Source: Planctomycetota bacterium
GTDB lineage: Bacteria; Planctomycetota; UBA1135; UBA2386
Assembly: GCA_965228735.1 (NCBI GenBank)
Contig: OZ245838.1
Coordinates: forward strand, 3,072,001 to 3,136,000
Length of the DNA stretch: 64,000 nucleotides
Reading direction: 5' to 3'
Shown: one piece after another, positions 60,066-64,000 of the stretch
Numbering within the stretch: the first letter of the stretch is position 1
Layout of the letters: the number at the start of each line of letters is the position of its first letter
The notes under the pieces: model-generated
Told to the model about the DNA's origin: nothing
Database searches by the model: none
The model's input: only the letters and a program-made list of their open reading frames with translations
Translations under genes and position numbers: made by a program

Positions 60066-60154
60066 TGTAGGGACCCGCGGTGGGCGGAGCCCAGCGGCAT
60101 GTGCGTCCCGCCCCGGGGTGGGGGTTGGTGTTCGTGCCGGGCACCGCGCGCAAC
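60011..60154. repeat. Inverted pair of REP-like units (perfect 27-bp arms) between convergent genes
   Basis: CGGTGCCCGGCACGAACACCAACCCCC (60019-60045) is the exact reverse complement of 60120-60146; each arm contains the palindrome GTGCC-C-GGCAC. Confidence 0.9.
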
Positions 60155-60157
60155 CCT

Positions 60158-61360
60158 CTAGAAGGCGAGGTCGACCCAGACCAGGCGGTGGTCGCTGGCC
60201 TCGACGAGGGCGCTGATCGGATCGGGCGGCGGCGGCCAGAACACGCCGGCCTGGTGCACCGTGAGGTCGCGCGACGGCAGCGCGTAGTCGACGCGCAGGT
60301 TGCCGGGGCCCTTGCCGGGCTCGTCGTTGAAGTCACCGGTGTCGAGCGCGTCGTCGCCGCGGTGCGTGCCGTTGCTGCCGAACTGTTTCTGCGCCGCCAC
60401 CGACCCGCCCGCGCTCGTGGGGCGCGGGTCCTGCACGCGTTCGTGGGTGAGCAGGCTGGTCATGGCCTCGCTGCGCCCGCCGCCGTCGACCGGGTCGCAG
60501 TTGAGGTCCCCGAGGATGACGAACGACGCCGCCCGTGGCAGACCACCTGCTGCGCCCGCGTCGTCGACGATCCAGTCGTCGCGATCGCCCGGCGACAGGT
60601 AGTCGACCCAGAAGCGGATCTCGTCGTGGTTGCGCCGCCCGTTGCGGTCCTCCTCGCCGTTGAACCCCGGCGGTGTGGGATGACTGCAGAGCAGATGCAC
60701 GACCTTGGCCGATGCGCCGGCACCGATGCCGATCGGCACGTCCCAGTGGCTCTTCGACGACAGTCGCAGCTGTTGCCACGTCGCATCCGAATAAAAGCCG
60801 GGCGGCCGCTGCGCGTCCGGCATACGGTGCCACGGGAGCTCCTGGAACGTGCGGATCCGGTCCGTGAGGATCGGGTGCCGCGACAGGACCGCCATCCCGT
60901 ATTGACCCGGATGCCGCCCGAAGCCCCACGCGTCGGCCGGCCCGGTCGTCGCGCCGTCGCCGTCGAGATCGAGACCGGACGGCACGCCGGTGTTCACCGG
61001 GCCCGCGAAACGGAACGTGAAGTCGATCGGGCGTTGGCCCTTCTGCGAGACGGCGAGGTAGCGCTCCGCGAACACCGTCGCCGCCCGGCCGGCGTCATCG
61101 CGATCGAGCTCGCACAGCAACAGGATGTCGACCGCGTTGCGCTGCACGATCTCCGCGATCTTGCGCGCGTGATCCGAGTCACCGGACTCGAGCTCGGCGA
61201 GCATCGCGCCCGGCTCGTCGCGATACATCGACGCGTTGAACGTGGCGACCCGCACGACAGCGACGGCGTCCTGCGCCGAGCGCCGCTGCAGGAACATCCA
61301 CGCCAGCGGCACGCTGAGCACGAGGAAGACGACGGTCAGGACGGTGGTGTTGAGCTTCAT
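60158..61360 (-). CDS. Endonuclease/exonuclease/phosphatase (EEP) family protein, membrane-anchored or secreted
   Basis: VATFNAS, DILLLCELD, RLSSKSHWDV, SHPTPP, RNHDEIRFW, GDLNCDP, LRVDYALPS, ASDHRLVWVD. Confidence 0.92.
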   Translation of the reverse strand: MKLNTTVLTVVFLVLSVPLAWMFLQRRSAQDAVAVVRVATFNASMYRDEPGAMLAELESGDSDHARKIAEIVQRNAVDILLLCELDRDDAGRAATVFAERYLAVSQKGQRPIDFTFRFAGPVNTGVPSGLDLDGDGATTGPADAWGFGRHPGQYGMAVLSRHPILTDRIRTFQELPWHRMPDAQRPPGFYSDATWQQLRLSSKSHWDVPIGIGAGASAKVVHLLCSHPTPPGFNGEEDRNGRRNHDEIRFWVDYLSPGDRDDWIVDDAGAAGGLPRAASFVILGDLNCDPVDGGGRSEAMTSLLTHERVQDPRPTSAGGSVAAQKQFGSNGTHRGDDALDTGDFNDEPGKGPGNLRVDYALPSRDLTVHQAGVFWPPPPDPISALVEASDHRLVWVDLAF

Positions 61361-63339
61361 CAGGAATCTGCCGCGTGGGCCTGCGGCGCCGCGGTCGTGA
61401 ACATCGCCTGGGCGTCCGGCAGCCGATCGTCGGGGCCGAGGACGACGACCGTGTCGCCGGCGAGGAGCACCGTATCGGGCCCGACCGCCGGCAGGTTCTC
61501 CGCACCGCGCCGCACCGCGACGACGGAGCAGCCGGTCCGCCGCCTGACCCCGACGTCCATCAGGGTGTTGTCGATCACGGGCGCGCCTTCGGCAACCGCG
61601 AAGACGCGGAAAGAGATCCCCGGAACGAACTCGGCCAGCCGGGCCCCATCGCCGGACGGCACCTCGGCGAGCCGGTCCGACGCCCCGTGCACGCGCCGCG
61701 CCTCGCGCACCCGGCGACCGATCTCGTCGTCCGTGACGAGGAAGCGCCGGAGCACGCGAACGAGGATCTCGACCGACGCCTCGAGCTCCTGCGGCACGAC
61801 CTCGTGCGCGCCCGCCCGCTGCAGCGACGCGGTCTCGGTGATGTAGACCGACCGCACGATCACGTGCACGCCCGGCCAGTTCTGCTGCGCCAGTTGGGCG
61901 ATGCGCCGGGCAGCGACGCTGTCGTTGACCGCGAGCACGAGGAGTCGCGCACGGTCGATGCCGAGCGACCTGAGCACCGAGATACGGGTCGCGTCCCCGA
62001 GCACGATCGGCACGCCGAGCTTCTTCTCCGCCCGCACGGTCGCCGCGTTGAGCTCCGACACGATGACCGGGATCCCGAGAGCCGTGAGCCCCTGCACGAC
62101 GGCGCGGCCGGTCGGCCCGTAGCCGATGACGATCGCGTGCTGTTCGAGGTCGCGACCACCACCGTGCCGCCCACCGCGGTCACGCATGCTGCGCTTCTGC
62201 GCGAGCCGCGCGACGACGCGGTAGAACACCGGCGTCAACGCGATCGACAGCACGGCGACGATGACGAAGATGCCTTCCATCGTGTCCGTGAGCACGGCGC
62301 CGCGGCCGGCCTGCACGAGTACGAACGAGAACTCACCGACCTGCGCGAGCGCCGAACCCGCGCGCAGGCAGACCCAGAACGGCTGCCCGAGGAGCCGCGC
62401 CGCGAGCAGGATGATCGCCGCCTTGCCCGCGATGACGAGCGCGAGGATCAGCAGCACGCGGAACGGCATGTCCGCGACGATCGAGAAGTCGAACAGCATC
62501 CCGATCGAGACGAAGAACAGGCTCGCGAACGCGTCCTTGAACGGTTCGACCTCGGCCGCCGCGAGGCTGTGATGATCGGAGTCGGCCAGCAGGATCCCGG
62601 CGAAAAACGCGCCGAGCGCGAGCGACATCCCGAGCTGGGCGGTCACGGCGGCCATGCCGAGGCAGAGCGTCGCCAGCAGCAGCACGAACAGCTCGCGACT
62701 GCGGGTTCTGGCCACGACCGTCGTGATCCGCGGCAGCAGCAGCCGCACGACGACGAGCGTGACCGCGAGCAGCACGATGCCCCAGAACACCCCGATCTTG
62801 CCGCTGCCATGACCTTCGACGGCCGCCGCGCCGAGCAACGGCACGACGAGGATCATCGGCACGACCGCGAGGTCCTGCGCGATCGCGATGCCCATCACGA
62901 AGCGGCCGTGCGGCGCGCTGAACTCGCCCGCGTCGGCCAGCATCTTGCTCGCCGCGGCCGTGCTCGACAGGCTCAGCAGGCAGCCGAGGAAGATCGCCTG
63001 CTGCCAGCTCACGCCGAACAGCAGGCTCAGGAGCGCCCCGATCGCGGCCGTGCCGACGACCTGGAACGTGCCGCCGATCGCGATGACCCGCCGCAGGCGC
63101 GCGAGCTGACTGATCGGCATCTCGAGGCCAGCCGCGAACAGCAGCACGACGACCCCGACCTCGGCGAGGTGGCGCACGGATTCTTCGTTGTGCAGCATCC
63201 CGACCCCGTGCGGGCCGACGATGACACCCGCGCACAGAAAACCGACGATCGGCGGCAGCCGCAGCCGGTGGAACGTCACGGCAACGCCGACGCAGATCGC
63301 GAAGAGGGCCGCGAGGTCGAGCAACACGTGGTCGAGCAC
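61360..63339 (-). CDS. CPA2 cation:proton antiporter (KefB/KefC-like) with TrkA-N and TrkA-C domains
   Basis: LAEVGVVVLLFAAGLE, SLSSTA, QDLAVVP, SLFFVSIGM, AQVGEFSFV, IVIGYGPTG, VVAVRRG. Confidence 0.93.
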   Translation of the reverse strand: MLDHVLLDLAALFAICVGVAVTFHRLRLPPIVGFLCAGVIVGPHGVGMLHNEESVRHLAEVGVVVLLFAAGLEMPISQLARLRRVIAIGGTFQVVGTAAIGALLSLLFGVSWQQAIFLGCLLSLSSTAAASKMLADAGEFSAPHGRFVMGIAIAQDLAVVPMILVVPLLGAAAVEGHGSGKIGVFWGIVLLAVTLVVVRLLLPRITTVVARTRSRELFVLLLATLCLGMAAVTAQLGMSLALGAFFAGILLADSDHHSLAAAEVEPFKDAFASLFFVSIGMLFDFSIVADMPFRVLLILALVIAGKAAIILLAARLLGQPFWVCLRAGSALAQVGEFSFVLVQAGRGAVLTDTMEGIFVIVAVLSIALTPVFYRVVARLAQKRSMRDRGGRHGGGRDLEQHAIVIGYGPTGRAVVQGLTALGIPVIVSELNAATVRAEKKLGVPIVLGDATRISVLRSLGIDRARLLVLAVNDSVAARRIAQLAQQNWPGVHVIVRSVYITETASLQRAGAHEVVPQELEASVEILVRVLRRFLVTDDEIGRRVREARRVHGASDRLAEVPSGDGARLAEFVPGISFRVFAVAEGAPVIDNTLMDVGVRRRTGCSVVAVRRGAENLPAVGPDTVLLAGDTVVVLGPDDRLPDAQAMFTTAAPQAHAADS

Positions 63340-63389
63340 GGTCGCAGTATCGGGAGCGGCATCACCGCGGCAACCATCGGGTCGAGCGA

Positions 63390-63425
63390 ATCCCGAGGCC
63401 CATCCCGAGGAACATCCCGAGAACT
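63390..63425. repeat. Three 12-bp direct repeats (ATCCCGAG core) in a divergent intergenic region
   Basis: ATCCCGAGGCCC ATCCCGAGGAAC ATCCCGAGAACT. Confidence 0.75.
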
Positions 63426-63493
63426 GGAGCGGCCCGACCCATTCCGCGATACGGACCGTTCACCCGCCGGTCCCGTTGCCCTAATCTCCCGAG

Positions 63494-64000
63494 ATGTTCC
63501 GACTCGTGAGCTCCGTGCTCGGCATCGTTCTGGCCACGGCAATCACGGCGGGACCGGTGGCCGCCCAACTGCGCGGCGACGGCTACGAGGTCTGGCGGGA
63601 CGAGCGCTACTCGCAAACGGCGAAGGACCCGCGGCGCAACTGTCTCGACCTCTACCTGCCCAAGCTCGAGGACGACGCAACCGCGCCGCCACTCGTCATG
63701 TTCGTGCATGGCGGCTCGTGGATCGCCGGCGGCAAGGGCCGCCATCGTGGACTCGGTGAGCGGCTCGCGCAGAACCAGATCGCGGTCGCGGCGATCAACT
63801 ATCGCCTCGCTCCGGTCGCCGAGTTCCCCGCCCACCTCGAGGACTGCGCGGCGGCGTTCTGCTGGCTGCGGGACCGGGCCGACCGCTTCGGCTACGACCC
63901 GCGGCGCATCGTGCTCATGGGCCACTCGGCCGGCGGTCATCTCTGCGCGCTGCTCGCGCTCGATCGCCGGGCTCAGGAGCGCTTCGGGATCGCACCCGCG
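63494..64000 (+). CDS. Secreted alpha/beta hydrolase (HSL-like carboxylesterase), partial (not in ORF track)
   Basis: Manual translation MFRLVSSVLGIVLATAITAGPVAAQ...LDLYLP...FVHGGSW...INYRLAP...MGHSAGGHL; runs off the window. Confidence 0.9.
   Translation, partial: MFRLVSSVLGIVLATAITAGPVAAQLRGDGYEVWRDERYSQTAKDPRRNCLDLYLPKLEDDATAPPLVMFVHGGSWIAGGKGRHRGLGERLAQNQIAVAAINYRLAPVAEFPAHLEDCAAAFCWLRDRADRFGYDPRRIVLMGHSAGGHLCALLALDRRAQERFGIAPA

Overview
High-GC, gene-dense bacterial window. The gene content (ECF sigma + membrane Ser/Thr kinase module, multiheme c-type cytochromes with PA14-like domains, DUF6797-like propeller protein, degenerate squalene-cyclase-repeat protein, paired amidohydrolases) suggests an uncultured Planctomycetota genome; this is inference. 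About 45 CDSs are supported, including topA, nadA, zwf-opcA, a TetR-regulated RND efflux operon, two-component systems and many secreted or lipoprotein genes. Two CDSs that run off the window edges are missing from the ORF track: a pentaheme cytochrome at 1-2030 (-) and an esterase at 63494-64000 (+). No rRNA, tRNA, CRISPR array, integrase or transposase was seen. Best candidates for new biology: (1) two domain-shuffled pentaheme cytochrome c/PA14 paralogues, one translationally coupled to a secreted beta-propeller protein with an inserted carbohydrate-binding-like module, suggesting an extracytoplasmic sugar-oxidation/electron-transfer system; (2) a tandem array of three unknown membrane proteins, two of which share near-identical 5' ends; (3) a complete sigma-54 circuit whose only visible output is a ~39-aa membrane peptide or an RNA; (4) a secreted Arg/Ser/Pro-rich, aromatic-rich TPR protein; (5) an S8 protease split at a (CG)5 tract. 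Family assignments come from motif recognition only; no searches were run.
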